DNA of 64,000 nt from Malacoraja senta (GCA_038087875.1 CM075986.1:24490001-24554000), one strand, 5' to 3'; positions 24,865 through 39,634 are shown, numbered from the stretch's first letter. Notes: generated by a model not told the origin, from the letters alone. Numbers and translations are program-made.

Positions 24865-25590
24865 TTCAACGATCCCTCAGTACTGCAGTGAAGTTTAGCA
24901 AATCAAAGCAGCGTAAGACTTGCACAGTGAATGGTAGGGCTCTGGGAACTATTGTAGAACAGAAGGACCTAGGGATACAAGTAATAAGTACTCTGGAAGT
25001 GGCGTCACAGGTGGTGATGAAGGCTTTTGGCACACTAGCCTTCATCCGTGAGGGCATTGAGTCTAGTGGTTGGGACTTTTATGTTGCAGTTGTACAAGCC
25101 GCACTTGAAGTTGTATTCAGTCTGGTCACCCACCCAGGAATAGGAAAATGACATTAAGCTGGAATGATTTTCGTAAATGTTGCGAGGACCTGTAAGGCGT
25201 TATAAGAGGAGGTTGTGTAGGCTTGGACTTTATTCCATGGAGTGAAGGAAGCTAGGGGGTGATCTTGGAGAAGTGCATAAACTCATAAAGGGCAAAAACA
25301 GGGTGATGCAACAGCCTTTCTTCAAGGTTGGGGAATTGAAGAATGTGAGGATATAGGTTTAAGATGATGGGAAAGATTTTTAGAAAAACCTGAGGCACAA
25401 ACATTTCACTTGGGTTGATGTGTATATGAAATGAGCTCTCAGAGGAAGTGGTTGAAGCAGGTGCAATAACAAATCAAATTTGGGCAGATACATGGGTGGG
25501 GAGAGGCTATGGGCTAAACATAGGCAAAAGGGACTAGCCAATGTGGGAATCTTGTTCTCAACATGGAAGAGTCTGCTTTTGGAGCTGTAT
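24865..25590 (+). mobile_element. Degenerate CR1 LINE 3' part
   Basis: ORF 24888-25151 TVNGRALGTIVEQKDLGIQV..QVVMKAFGTLAFI is a CR1 RT C-terminal motif. Confidence 0.75.
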
Positions 25591-28084
25591 GAGTGTTAGT
25601 GGTGGCCATGACATTTGTCCTTGTTATCTGGAATGGGATTTAACTTGCAAACGACTGCTCACAGTAGTGTTGTTGATTATTGCTCATGGGAACCTTGTTG
25701 TATTCCTCCATCTCTCGGAGTCAAATTTGCATGTTTTCCCTGCAACTGTGGGTTTCTCTCGAGATGCTCTGGTTTCCTGCCACATCACAAAAATGTGAGG
25801 GTTATTAGATTAATTGGGTACTATAAATAATCAATATTGTTAGTAGATGGTAGAAGAATTAGAGCATCACAGAGAAATAGTTTAACAAATAAGTATGGAA
25901 TGGGGCGAATAGAATTAGCCTGTATAAACTTGCTGGGCTGAAAGGAAGGGTTATTTAAGATGGTTAACCTAGGTTTTCATTGACATCAATTTGGGTATTG
26001 CTGGCAAGACCTATATTTGTTATCCACTAATTGTTCTTGGGGAAGATTATGGTGAGTCAATGCCTTGAGCATTGCAATCCTTTTATTGAGGGTAGTCTCC
26101 CCATGCTATTATGTAAAGAATTCCAGGATTTTAGACCCAGCAATAATGGAAGAATGGAGATATATTTCTAAGTTTTAAAAAAACCACACAAAGTGCTGGA
26201 GGGTGGGGTACTCAGCATGTCAGTCAAAATCTCTGGGGGACATGGATAGGTGATGTTTCTGGTCGGGACCCTGTTTCAGATTGAATTTTAAATTATTTCC
26301 AAATTAAGACGTGTGACCTGGAGGACAGTGTTCCCCATGTGCCTGACATCCTAACCTTTGTTGATTGAGATTGTGTGTTTGGGGGGTATTGTTGCAGCCA
26401 AAGAAAGGAACTATAGTCCTTAGTAGTGGGTGCATATAAGTGGAGGAAATAAACATTAAAATTGGGTGGGGGTACAAATAAAGTAGTTGCGTTTTTAGGT
26501 GATGTTGAGATCTTTGAGATTCGTTGGAGCTCACTCATCCAGGCAAGTGGAGCATATTAGGTCATACAATAGTGCTTTAGTTGATGGAAAGTCTTTGGAG
26601 AAGAGTTGATCAGTGAAGGATACCAGGCCTATGACCTGTTCCTGTAGCTATGATGTACATGTTGATCCAGCTGACTTGGCAGTTGATGTATCCTAGATTG
26701 TTAATAGTGTCAGACCTGGTGATAGGTATGTCATTGAATGAAAGAATGCATGGCTAAATGGTATCCACTCCAAATTCAATAACTATATAATTTGAACTAT
26801 AACGAGAATTTCCTGTTCCTTTTGGCTTATGAAATGTGCCTACAGTCCCAATATTTCTGCAAAGACAAGTAGTCTTTAAATGAAACTGCAGTTCACAAAA
26901 CATTTTAACGACAGAAGTAAATGGCACTTTCTTACCACGCCAAGGAAGAGAAAAACTTTTTTTTTGGTACAGATTGTCTTTTTTAATCCCAAATGTACTG
27001 AGCAGAAAAGTGGTGCGACAGGAATCCAAACTTGCAGCTTTCAAACTTTTTTTGCCAAAGCAGTTTATGTGAATATTTGGTTAGCTTTTTTTGAGTGCAG
27101 ATTTTGTGATCTAAACCAGTCAACCTTTTCCTTGGTGGATATTGGCTTCTATTTCTGAGCTGCACATGGGGAGGGTCATGTTGTGAATGGCACACATGTT
27201 CCAGTTAGCTACACAATCTCATTTTCAGGCGGTGCCACCCTTCCTTGTGAGATCGGCTACTATCTACTGTAGTTTGTTTGACTGCTTTAAATATTTGCTG
27301 GTTGCAGCACTTTGTTCTTTGTTCCCATGCATGCTTGCCACAGCTGTTGAAAGCTGAAGGGCTGGATTTTGTGATGAAATAGTAATCTTTGTGTATCGTA
27401 CTTACTGGAATATGGCTACATTTAACAAAATTAGCAAATCCCCAAATTATTTATCTTGGGATGGAGCTGTGGGACCTCAAGTTTGTCATGCAATAGCTTG
27501 TCATGCATTCAGCATAGTCTGGTCTTAACAACAAATTATTTTTTATGTGAATTTTGTAAAGTAAAGCATATCTGAGAGGAGCATTGTCCAGTTTTACTTG
27601 CCATGTGAGCCACAAATACTGAAATATTAAGATTGGTAATGAAAGGACTTGAGATGAGGCTAGAGATAGGGACGGAATGAAGGTGGAGGTATTTTAAGGC
27701 ATTGTTCCAAATACAGAAGCAATGAATGCAGAAGTGGAAGAGCAGATTCCATTTTTCTTTTCACCTCAAATTATGAAAACAGGAAAATGTGTCAAATTCA
27801 TAATCTTATCAGTTTGTGCGTTGTTTTTAATATTTCACTTAATGAGTTTGTCTCGTGCTTGTTGAATCTTATTATTCATGCTGCTAAATTTGAGTTTGAT
27901 TCTGAAAATAGGCATATTAATGAGAATAGATTTCTAACAATTCCAAAATGAGTATCCATGGTGGGCTCAATTAAATCAAGCACTGAATGAAAGCTTCTCA
28001 AAAACCTTTTTTTGTAATGAGTGGAGACATTTCTGAGTTCCCAGTGGAAAGGATTATTTTGTACAAAATCAATGTTTCATTATG

Positions 28085-29150
28085 TGTATAGGAAAGAACT
28101 GCAGATGCTGGTTTAAATCGATGGTAGACACAAAATGCTGGAGTAACTCAGCGGGACAGGCAGCATCTCTGGAGAGAAGGAATGGGTGATGTTTCGGGTC
28201 GAGTCCCTTCTTCAGACTGATATCAGGGGAGTGGGCAGGTCAGAGATAGAATGTAATCGGAGACAGCAAGACTGGTGGGAGAACTGGGAAGGGGAAACGG
28301 GATGGAGAGAGGGAAAGCAAGGGCTATTTTAAGTTGGAGAAATCAATGTTCATACCGCTAGGGTGTAAGCTACCCAAGCGAAATATGATGTGCTGTTCCT
28401 CCAATATGCGCTGGGCCTCACTCTGACATGGTCAGATTAGGAATGGGAGGGGGAGTTAAAGTGCTGAGCAACCGGGACATCAGATGGGCTGAGCGGAGGT
28501 GTTTAGCAAAACGATCGCCGAGCCTGTACCTGATCTTGCGATGTACAGGATTTGACACCTGGAACAGTAGATGAGGTTGGAGGAGGTGCAAGTGAACCTC
28601 TGCCTCACCTGTAAAGACTGTCGGGGCCCTTGGATAGAGTCGAGGGGGGAGGTAAAGGAACAGGTGTTGCATCTCCTGCGGTTGCAGGGGAAAGTACTTG
28701 AGGAAGGGGTGGTTTGGGTGGGAAGGGACGAGTTGACCAGGGAGTTGCGGAAGGAATGGTCTCTGCGGAAAGCAGAAAGGGGTGGAGATTAAGTTGTAGC
28801 CAGTAGTGCGATCCCGTTGGAGGTGGCGAAAATGTTGGAGGATTATATGCTGTATGCGCCGGCTGATGGGGTGGAAGTTGAGGACGAGGGTGTCTGTCAT
28901 TACGAATGGGGGGAGGGGGGAGCAAGAGTGGAGCTGTGGGATATAGAGGAGACCCTAGGTAGAGGGGAGTGGAAGAGGGGAACCCCGTTTCCTAAAGAAT
29001 GAGAACATCTCCAATGCCCTGGTATGGAAAACCTCATCCTGGGCACAGATGCGGCGTAGACTGAGGAATTGAGAGTAGGGGATAGAGTCTTTGCAGGAAG
29101 CAGGGTGGGAAGAAGTGTAGTCTAGGTAGCTGTGGGAGTCAGTGGGTTTG
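28085..29150 (-). mobile_element. 5'-truncated Penelope-like retroelement (GIY-YIG region plus hammerhead-bearing 3' end)
   Basis: Minus ORF 28418-28900 LVLNFHPISRRIQHIILQHFRHLQRD..RLGDRFAKHLRS is a Penelope linker/GIY-YIG motif; hammerhead core at 28188-28215 on the same strand. Confidence 0.85.
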
Positions 29151-32017
29151 TATCTAGATAGCTATGGGTCATTACGTGAAACTAGATTGAGCAAAATCTA
29201 ATGAGTTGGTATTCTTTTAATATTTGAGTTGAAACATTTTGGGGTACAGTAGAGTAGAGGAGTTAGAACTTATATTTAACCTGTGCTTGGTTTGTCAGCA
29301 AAGTCAACTGGTAGTAAAATAATTTAACTATTTTTTAACACAAAGGCGCTACGTGAAAGTCTCGGGGCCCCTTAGGAAAAGATTGAGGTGCAGACCACCA
29401 TAACATTTGCACCACTTTGTTGTGCAGTTTGTGGCACTTGAAAATGTTTGCTGTCTTATGGGACGCCACAGTTAATGGAGCTGTAGCCTCAGACATTCAA
29501 GTTCGGAATTTAGGGTTCAGTTATGACTTGTTCTGTTTGTGTGGAGTTTTCACATTATCCCTGTGACCATGTAGATTCTCTGCTTCACACCCCTGCCCAC
29601 CATGTTCTCGGGTTCCTCCCATAGCCCAAGGATATGTGTACTTGTAGATAATTTGCTGACTAATATACTGGTGAGCAGTGAAATCTGCGGAGAGTTGACA
29701 GGAATTTGAGTAGAATAAAGCGTGCGTAGTATAAATGGTTGTTTGTAGATTGGTGTGACATGATGATGGGCTGAACATTTATGACGACAAACTTTGAATC
29801 AAACCCTCCAGAACATCTGCAACATCAGGCCTAGCTGTACATGTTAATTTGAACTTTACATAATGGGCACAGTAATTAACTAAAACGTAATCTTTCAATA
29901 GTAATGGAGGAACCATTCCTTTTATTGTTTCTCAACTGAAGCATAAGTTGGTGGCATCTCTTTAATTATTAAAAAAATAACTTGCAGAGGGAAATCCATA
30001 CCCATTTCTGTTATTGGGGTTTGCACATAGAAAATTGGAAAGAAATGTCATAAGCTTTAAACATGGCATTGAAAATAGTTTTTTTAAATCTTAAATATTG
30101 CATGCTTTTTTTTAGGTCCACGTGGTAATTTAAAGCCAAATTCTGAGTACTTTAAATTAGTACCTAAATTATGAATGGGTGGATGTGATGGATAGAACAA
30201 CTGGATTGCAAGTGGTTGTGACATGGCACCAATGAAATTGAATAAATCTAAAAGCTCTTGAGTGCATATTCAGTGATTTTAAAAACACAAATGCTGAATA
30301 AATTCAGTAGGTAATAAGCATATTTGCAGAGAGATGTAAAATTAATGTTTCTGGTAAATCTCTAACTTGCAGGCCACCATGCATCTTTATATATTTATAG
30401 ACTTGGCACCTTGAGATGCACTTGGTCAAAGTATTAACTGTTGTGCCGTGAATACTTGCAGTGAAAAGAGCAGAATAGGTAAAGTTTTGAAAGTAGTGTG
30501 ATGGTGAAAGTAGGGAAGGTGCATAGAAATAGGTTAAAATTTTGTGTTGATGGAAGTGATTTTAGATGTAATTGTCCATTGGCCAAATCAGATGGAGTTG
30601 GAGAAAAGTAGAATGATGAACTGCTGCTGAAGTTGCTCTAAAATGTAACTGGCATAGTTGTGGACATTGTCCATAAATTTTTCAGATATGACATGGGTTG
30701 AGAGGTTAACATCTTTCCATTATTTTCACAATGCAAGCTATCAATGTGAAGGTTTGTCAGGCAGCCTTGAGGTTGTAGGAGGAAGTAGTTTTAGTTGTGG
30801 TAATGGCTGAGAATTTGTTGTATTTATTCTAAAGAACTGGCATCTTCTTAATGAAGGTTGAGACAAGTTTATTTCTTTCCTGTTCTTAATACAATCGTAT
30901 AAAATTGGATTTTAGCACATTGATTTACATTAATTTCACGAGATGAGGTTTGAATGTTGGTTGCCCGCATGTTATGGAAGTCTTTTCCTATCTGCTTTAG
31001 TTTTCAAAGGATCTGAATTTTGTAATCTTGGTTTCTCCTCTGGATAGCTCCCATTTGCTCCATTTGTCTGTAGCAAATTTTAATAATTAATACTGAATAC
31101 ACCCAACTGTTAACACATCGGAGATAAATGTGCTAGCTATAGTTTCATGTATTTTATTTGAACTCTATATTCTTGTACTTTATCTAAATATTATTATTTA
31201 TGCAAGAACATGGTCATCTAATCTGTATTTTCCTTATGTATATACAGATCTTATTGCAGACAAAGAACATATGCATCACTAACTTAATAGTTACTATCCC
31301 CGCTATCCTTTTTGAACCAATAGTCCTATAGGTAGTGAAAGTAAAATAAACCAGATCAGGCGCAAATAAAGTAAAATAAACCTGTTCATTTTGTTTGAAT
31401 GGTACATGAGAGATTTGGTTTGACTGCAGCATATTAACTGGAGAAAGCTGACATTTCTTAAGATATTAATAATTCCTCTTTGCACTTGCATCTAAAGCAG
31501 GATATTTGGGTGTCAGTTGCACAATTTTTGCAAGGTTTCAACAAAAGAGGGTTTATTAGAAATTATTTGTACTATGGAAATTATAAATTTGGGGACAGAA
31601 AGCCTGTAACAAGTGCTTCCTGGTGGACCAGCCAGCTGCACAATAATTCTGGTTCTCATCCTGCATTGTACAAGGTTGTTTTACTGTACGCTTGCGGTAT
31701 TCTGGATGCTTGTACTGTTAAATTCCAGGGTGATTTCATATTACCATTGACATTTGAATGGGATGTGCTGAAAATATTTAATGGACCAAGTTGCAGCCAT
31801 CACATTGGGTATGCTTATAATAAGTTGACCCAAAATGAGTAGTGAAATAAAAAGGCCATTCCTAAAAACACTAAATCTTAATTGGAATGGCAGAGAAATA
31901 GAGGAAGATCTTCACATGGAATAACTCTTAACTGGGAAATCTCATTAATGAATAGCTCAACAATTAGAGGCAACAAATTCAGTGATGGATAAATAGCATG
32001 AGGATGGGTGAATGTGA

Positions 32018-32317
<300 letters not shown>

Positions 32318-32750
32318 TGATATAATGCCATAATGAATAAATATCTTAAATGTGTCATGGGTTAATATTTTTATGAATAGTGAAATCTGTTGTGAATATG
32401 AAATGATTTTGAGATAAAGTTTACTGTTGCTTCCAATTCTTCCTCTAAGTTCAAGAACGTTTTGCAGTCTCCAATCTGCTTAATGATTTAGTCAGTGTTG
32501 AAGCCAAGAGGTACCATTTGTGATGTGTGGAGGGAGCTGGGGAAGGAAGAAAAGATTAACGATTAACTTTAAACGTATTAAATGTAATGGTATAAATTTA
32601 GTAATCATTTTCAGCAATTTTCCGAAAGGTTTAAAATTTCTTGCGGGTTAAAGCCACTTGGGTTCTAGTGGGCAGGTGCCCTAATGGAAAGTTAATTGTA
32701 TATTGCGATTAACGCTACTGCTGTTTCTAGGTTTGCGCACAATTACCTGG

Positions 32751-34300
32751 CTTCTTCTTCTGTCGTGTGTCTTTTAGACCTGCAGCTCCGTTGAGGCGAG
32801 CCAGGCCAACGTATCATCGTCCAGGTCAATCAGACCTCGTTCACCATTCGGTGGCCGGTGTTTGGGGCAACTGGTGACTATGTGCTCCACTGTCTGTGTT
32901 GGGTCCCCACACTCGCAGGAGGCGCTGTCCACGAGGCCCCACCTCTTCATCGCTACTCCATAGCGTCCGATGCCTGTCCTCAAGCAGTTGAGGGTTGTCC
33001 ACTGCTTTCTGGGCAGGTCCTGGCCAGGGACGTCCATGGGGTCATCGATGTAATGGTGTAGCCTAGATGGTTCCACTGACTTCCACTGGTCTCTCCATCC
33101 CGTCTTGACCCAGGCAGCCTTAGAAGCGTCAGCCAGTGTTGTGCAGAGCAGCTCTTGGGCTTGCGTGGCAAAGGGGTGCCGTGACTTGAGGCGCACACGT
33201 CGTGGTGTCTCTGGGACGATCTGATGGAGGAGGTGGGATTCACTGGTCTGTGCCTTTCGAGAGAGGGCCAGCGTGGCTGCTTCTCATCTGATGTTGGCTG
33301 GGGCGATGCCAGCGAGGACGGGTAGTTGGTTTACTGGGGTGGCTCGTAGGCATCCGGAGACAGTCCGCAGGGTGCTGTTGAGGGCAGCATCCAGCTTCTT
33401 GGCGTGAGGGCTACGGCACCAGACCGGGGCGCAGTAGTCGGCGGCTGAGAACACCAGGGCCACTGTGGACATGCGCAGTGTCTTTGTCGTGGCTCCCCAT
33501 GTGGTGCCGGCTAGGCGGCGAATCAGTGCGGCACGGGCGCTTGTCTTACCCGTGGCACCTTCCAGGTGTTGTTTGAATGACAACGTTCTGTCGAGCTTCA
33601 CACCGAGGTACGTGGGGACAGGTTGGGACCGTAATCGGGCGTTATCCACCATGACGTTCATCTCGCGGGACGCTTCCCTGTTGTTGAGGTGGAACATTGA
33701 AGATGTTGTCTTACACATGCTGAGCTTGAGGCGCCAATTCCTCAGGTATGAAGACAGGATGATCATGTCTTCAGAGAGGCCCTCTTCTGCTGCTTCCCAG
33801 GATGGCTTACTGAGTAGGATGGCCAGGTCATCAGCATAGCCATACTTCTTTGACTGGGTTGCAGGCAGGTCATGGATGTAGATATTGAACAGCATTGGTG
33901 CCAGCACCGATCCCTGTGGGACGCCGTTCTTAAGTTTCCTCACCCTGCTGCATTTCCCGTTGCTGGTGTGTAGCCTGAAGCTGCGGTTGCTCAGCATCTC
34001 CATGATGAAGCTCACCATGTGCTTGTCTGGGATGGTTTCCAGAAGCTTCAAGTGTAGTCCACGCAGCCAGACAGTATCATATGCAGCTGTGGTCCAAGAA
34101 GACAGTGCCAGCCTTCTCCCCTGCCTGGAAGCTGTCCTCTATGTCTTGGCACAGGAGGGTCACCTGGTCCGCCGTTGACCTACCGCTTCAGAAGCCAGCC
34201 TGTTCTTTAGGAAGCTGGGGATCGATCACAGGATTGAGACGTGTGTGGAGGAGACGTTCCAGGAGCTTGTATGGAACACACAGCAGTGAGATGGCTGTAG
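32751..34300 (-). mobile_element. 5'-truncated Vingi/Ingi-like LINE (RT plus C-terminal zinc knuckle)
   Basis: GVPQGSVLAPMLFNIY..YADD RT; C-terminal RLKSR..LNCLRTG..CECG..H....C; (GAA)n tail at 32751-32760; few stops and frameshifts. Confidence 0.8.
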
Positions 34301-35227
34301 AAACTGCACAAAATGTCATTTTCTGTTGATGTATGGTGAAGGATGAAATCTGAAAACCACTGGAATTACCAAATTGTATTTAATGACACTGATATTTTAC
34401 ATTGCTTCTGTGACTGGTTTGAAACTGGAGACCTAGGCGTGTTGCAGATCGCCTGTGTTCAACATATCCAATAAAAGCACAGCTGTGATCAGTGGAGTCA
34501 TCAGAATGTGATCAATATGAATCATCAATATGAATATGATTTATAGGTGACCTGATTTCATAGTGTAAACAAAAGCCTTGATTTAATTGTCAAAATGTGT
34601 ATAGTATTGCGAAGAACCTTTATTTGGGGGAGGGGGGAGGTCAATTGTGTTCTAACATAACATCTGCCATATGGTATTCCAATTGAAGATTGGTGTCGTG
34701 GGTAGGTAGCTGAAACTGATCCCCTCACTATCATATCTATTTCAAGATTCTTTGATTTGCAACAGACCTAATCATTTTTCCATTAAGGAAAATTGAAATG
34801 CTTTGTTTGTCAATGTAGATACAAGGCTTCATTATGCACTTCATTGTGTCCCACGTTCAGTTATTTATGCATTTGAGTGTCTTGTCTGGACCTAGTGTTT
34901 TGACTTACTGTTGCTTTGGAGGTGAAGAAAATGCATTTGGCATTTGACTGCTATTCAGAGGGGTGCAAAGAAAGGGGAAAACATCTATGCATCTTTTCAG
35001 ACTCTTTGTTTTGGATCACTTGGAAATTAAGCTTGCCCAGATGTACTATTTTAAATCGATGTTAATGTGTCCTAGTAAATAACTCAATGTTTCACCTGGA
35101 TGAAATTTCTACTTTATGATTTTAATCTCTCATGTTCTGGAGCCTGTCTCTGGTAAGATGTTAGCATTGAAATGCCCATCAACCTCTCTCTATTTCAAAA
35201 GCACAATTAATAACATCACTATTGTAT

Positions 35228-35308
35228 CTTTGGAGAGAAGGAATGGGTGATGTTTCAGGTCAAGACTCGTTATCTTCGGTATTAACCAGCATCTGCAGTT
35301 CCATCCTA
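35228..35308. mobile_element. 81-bp Penelope-derived insert with 5' inversion, 11-bp TSD
   Basis: CACTATTGTAT at 35217-35227 and 35309-35319. Confidence 0.75.
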
Positions 35309-38300
35309 CACTATTGTATTTTTCAATTTTTATATTTGATTTTACTCTTCAGGCTAAATTTTGTAGGTTTTCTAAATTTTTAGCAAATCCTATTGCTGTT
35401 CTGTTTTGTGCATCTTTCCCTTGCACAGCAATTATGGATTTCCATACCTTATATACTACATAATATTTCCAGATTGTTTTACTGTGACTGGAAACATTTA
35501 GATATTGCCCCGGGTGTGTTTCTAATTTTCTCTCCAACTGTTAAGGCTAACAGTTTAAGTTTCTGTAATGCATCTCAGTGAAACAAATTGCACACCAGTT
35601 ATCTGCCTTTGGGTGGTGATGTTGGGAGGGGAGAAATAAGGTATGTTGTAGAACTAGGTATTTAGTGCATGATTTTATGCCAAGTCCTGGCTGTTTAGCA
35701 TGCCATTATTTCTGGTAGATAATCAGAATATTTATTTGAAGTTCCACTTGATTTGAAGTTCCTTTTGAGATTTCAGCTTTGGTCCAAAATGTAGTGAAAT
35801 AATATTATTTTTTTCTTTCTCAACATATTGAGAGATTGATTAGGAAACTGTTCCCTAATGTTAATTCCTGTTTCAGATCCATTGTTATTTTACCAATAAC
35901 TTGATGTCTAAATGTAAGATTTTGGTTGATTCGTTTCAGGTTTGTGAGGAATTTATTTTGTTGCTCCCCCAGGAATTTTGCTATTTAAACTTTAATTTAT
36001 TTGGTTATATTAGAATAGGACATTATCTAAATGTGTACTTTCCAATAATTTTCTTTTTGGAATTCTGAAGCCCATCATAACTTGTGAGAATCTGGTGTGG
36101 AGGGAAAGATAAGGGGATGAGCTGTGTTAGGATGTGGAGGTGATCCCCAGTTCCTGCTTGATTGCAAATTATACATTTATGGAGTAAAATGAGATGCGAT
36201 AGACCTTACTGGATTGTACTCTGCATGTTCACTTTTTTGTGGGGGGTGGGTACACTGCTGGGAGCTGTATCCTAAGATTCAATGTTTTTCCATTTGCATC
36301 TGTTCAATATAAATTTCATGCTTATCGATATGAGTAAGTCTCATGCTGGTGGGCGAACTGCTTTCCACTCTTGCATTTGATGTCTGCCTCAAGCTCTGCC
36401 AAATGTGCTTCAGCCACCTTCAGAAGAGAAACAGTTGCTGTGAGTGAGCTTCAATTTCCCACACCGGCTATCTTTGTCTTTGGACTGAAGCTGTCAGCTT
36501 AGTGCTGAATTATGAGCCCTCTTGCACTGTATGCTTGTGACCTCTAGGAACTTGGTTGAGGCTACTTGCTTAGAAGCTTTGTAAAGGCTGTCATACTTTT
36601 TTACATCAGTTGACTGGATTCAAAACTAGATTCCAAAGGTGAAAGCATAATGTTCTAATTTGCCAACCCTTCCAAACTCTGAGCTGTTATTTTTGTGAAA
36701 GAGAACCTACTCCATTTTAAATTTGATTACTTGCTTGTAATCTATAGATTCTTTTTTTTTAAACTGTGCATATCCTCTTAATATACTGTCTACGTAGCTA
36801 GATTTCTATTACAACAGCTATCATTCTGGTAGATAACTTTTATAATAGATAGCTACCTGGGCAATGTATTATTGAGGACATCTGATAGCTTTCACCTATC
36901 TTCAAAATAAAGATTTTTTTTTCTTAATTGCATAGTCTGGTGTTCAGAAAGAAGCCAGGCTTCTACATTGACAAACAAATATTTAACACAGGACCTTCAC
37001 TGGCATGATTCACTCTTGTAACAAGTCGATGACTGAACTTTGTGTGAATGTAACTTCAGAAACTTGTGAGACTGCAGATGGTGGAATCTTGAGCAAAAAG
37101 CAGACAGCTAGAGAAACTTAGCAGGTCAGGCAGCGTCTGTGCAGAGAAATGGATGGATGATCTTTTGGGGCTAAACCCTCAATGCTGACCCAAAACGCTG
37201 TTTGTGCATATCCCTCCACAGATTCTACCCGACTTGCTGCATTCCTCGAGCAGTCTGTTTTCTTTTCTCTGATATACTCCTTGTTTAAACATTTTTTTCA
37301 TTGGACTTTTTTGTTATTTCTACCTAGGTTGACTAAGGATCTATTGGAATTCTCATTCATGTCTTTGCCAGCTCCCAGACCCACTATTGCAAAGTGGTCG
37401 GCATCTTACCTTGGTCTCGTAAGACTTTATCAAGCTTAACTAAAATTCTGTCTCCCAAATCTTAACCAATACCACACGTTTGTCCTTCATTAATTATATC
37501 CTTGACTCACTGCACTTCTTCATTGCTTAGCTCCCCCCTCCCGTCTCTGGTTACCACCTCCCTCTTGTCTTCCAGTTGCTCACCAGTAGTGGTTATCCAC
37601 ATTCAATGAGAATTCCTTCCCAAAATCTCTCTGCTTGACTCTACATTTTTAATATGCCTGTCATTAATCTAATGTCTTTGGTTTTGTTTCTTTTTCTGCA
37701 ATACGCATTACTACTTGGTATACAAGTTTGCTAGTTAAAATGTAAACATTCAATGAGAAAATACTTCTCCTGGAATACAACATGGACTTGCTGCTCTGAT
37801 TTCTGTTTATCAGAGGGCGGTGGTGAAGAATGAAAAACAATATGCTTCGGCCAAAATTCCACAGACTTTGGATACAATCACATTGTCTCTTGAGAGGCTT
37901 AAACATTTAGCTGTTGGGAGTGTGGAACTAAGAGATATCTTCTGAATAAGTTTCCATGCAGTTGGAACTTTTCTCTGGTGAATCTTTGGCATTCTTTATC
38001 CTTGGGTTGTGAAGTCCTCAAATCTGAAATAGATTTTTAGTATCAACTAACAGAAACTGGTCAATGCTAGGATAATAAGAGATCAAATGCAGATACTGAA
38101 GGAGTAAAGCAGGTAAGGCAGCATTGATGGATGGATGGGTCTGGACCCTTTAACGGATTAAAAGGTAGTTGATTCATGGATCCCAATGGGCATTGAATGA
38201 CAGAGCAGTTTTGAAAGGTCAAATCGTAACCTTTAGTTCACATCTTTGTATGCATTGGTAATTTTAATTGAAAGGAAAGTTGTCATTCAAAGTTTCCTCT

Positions 38301-39101
38301 ACACATTTTGCAGAATATGTTTATAGTCATGTTCACTCTGCAAGCTTTTGCTCGCTTTCTGTAAAGAGTAATTTTAATGGGTTTTGCCATTTTGAAATCT
38401 GTTTTAAAACTTTTATTTAGTTGGGTGGCAGTAGAATGGAGTTTTTATAGGAAGTAGTTCTAAAATGCAACAAAATCCTACTGACATTAAACAAAATGTG
38501 TTTGGTGTGAATGGAAGATCATTGGCGTGACTGTGATCCAGTAAATGGAGATTGAAAGGAGCAAAGTTCATCTCTTGCATAATCAAGTTCTTTTGAATGA
38601 TTAAATGATTCATCACATTTTTTCGTCTGCACGATGGACTGAAATTTTGGAGATCTGATTCCATTTCATATTGTCAGTTACTTCAAATAAATTGGCCAAA
38701 TATTTATTTTTCTTCCTTGAGAAATCTTTGCTATTGTGTCGCAAGGATGTAGATAAAAATAACAAGTTAACTCGTTATGTGATGAGATTAAACACTCAAA
38801 TTTTAAAAGAGTTGCATAATACTGAAGCAATTACCATAGGCACAGGAGACTGCAAATATGTAAAATTTTGGATCCAAATACTTAAAATTACTTAGGCCAG
38901 AGCTTCTGGAAATTGTAGAAGATGCCAGCGATGCCAGGAACGTTATTTTGTCTTAATGGTAGCATTGTTGGTCAAGATGCTCAGAAAGCTGGGAGACCTA
39001 TTTCTCCCCGCTTCCTAATTTACCAAAGATAAGTAAATAGCATGTTCCAAACATTTTATCAGTTTTTGCATATCTTTAAGAATTAAAAAATAAAAGTAGT
39101 A

Positions 39102-39634
39102 CAGGTAGCTCTGCTATAATGCAATAATGCATTCCTAAGAAACCTTGTGTTGTAAAAAAGTCTGTTATAAAAATTGTTAATGGAGGACGCAAGGGGGTTA
39201 AGGCAAGGGTTTCCGACTTGCGATAATAAATCTCTTTCTCCCACAGGATTTTCAAAGATAAGTCTTTTAATAGCTACAACTTTATTTTTGTTACCGGAGG
39301 CTTAAAATAATAAAAGATAGATGTCACATTGTTTAATAGTATCATTGCACAAGTGTTAATAGAAGCGACCGACCTTTGTCGATTTCAATGGCCACCCATG
39401 GTGAGCTGTGTTCTTGAGAAACTACAGTCTGCTTACTGCAGAGAGGTTACATGAAAGTTTCTTTTACCTGGACTTTCTTCAAGAGATGGCCTTTTTCATC
39501 AATTTCCCAAGTGGCTTATGTAGTTCATGATTAGATATCAACTCTGCCTGCATAATACAAATAGTATTCCCCAATTTGTCAATCATGTTGTATACTATTT
39601 GTGTTATGAAAACATGTTATAGCAGAACTACCTC
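39102..39634. mobile_element. Tc1/mariner-pogo (Tigger-like) MITE
   Basis: TIRs CAGGTAGCTCTGCTATAA and reverse complement GAGGTAGTTCTGCTATAA (16/18 identical), TA on both flanks, no ORF. Confidence 0.75.
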
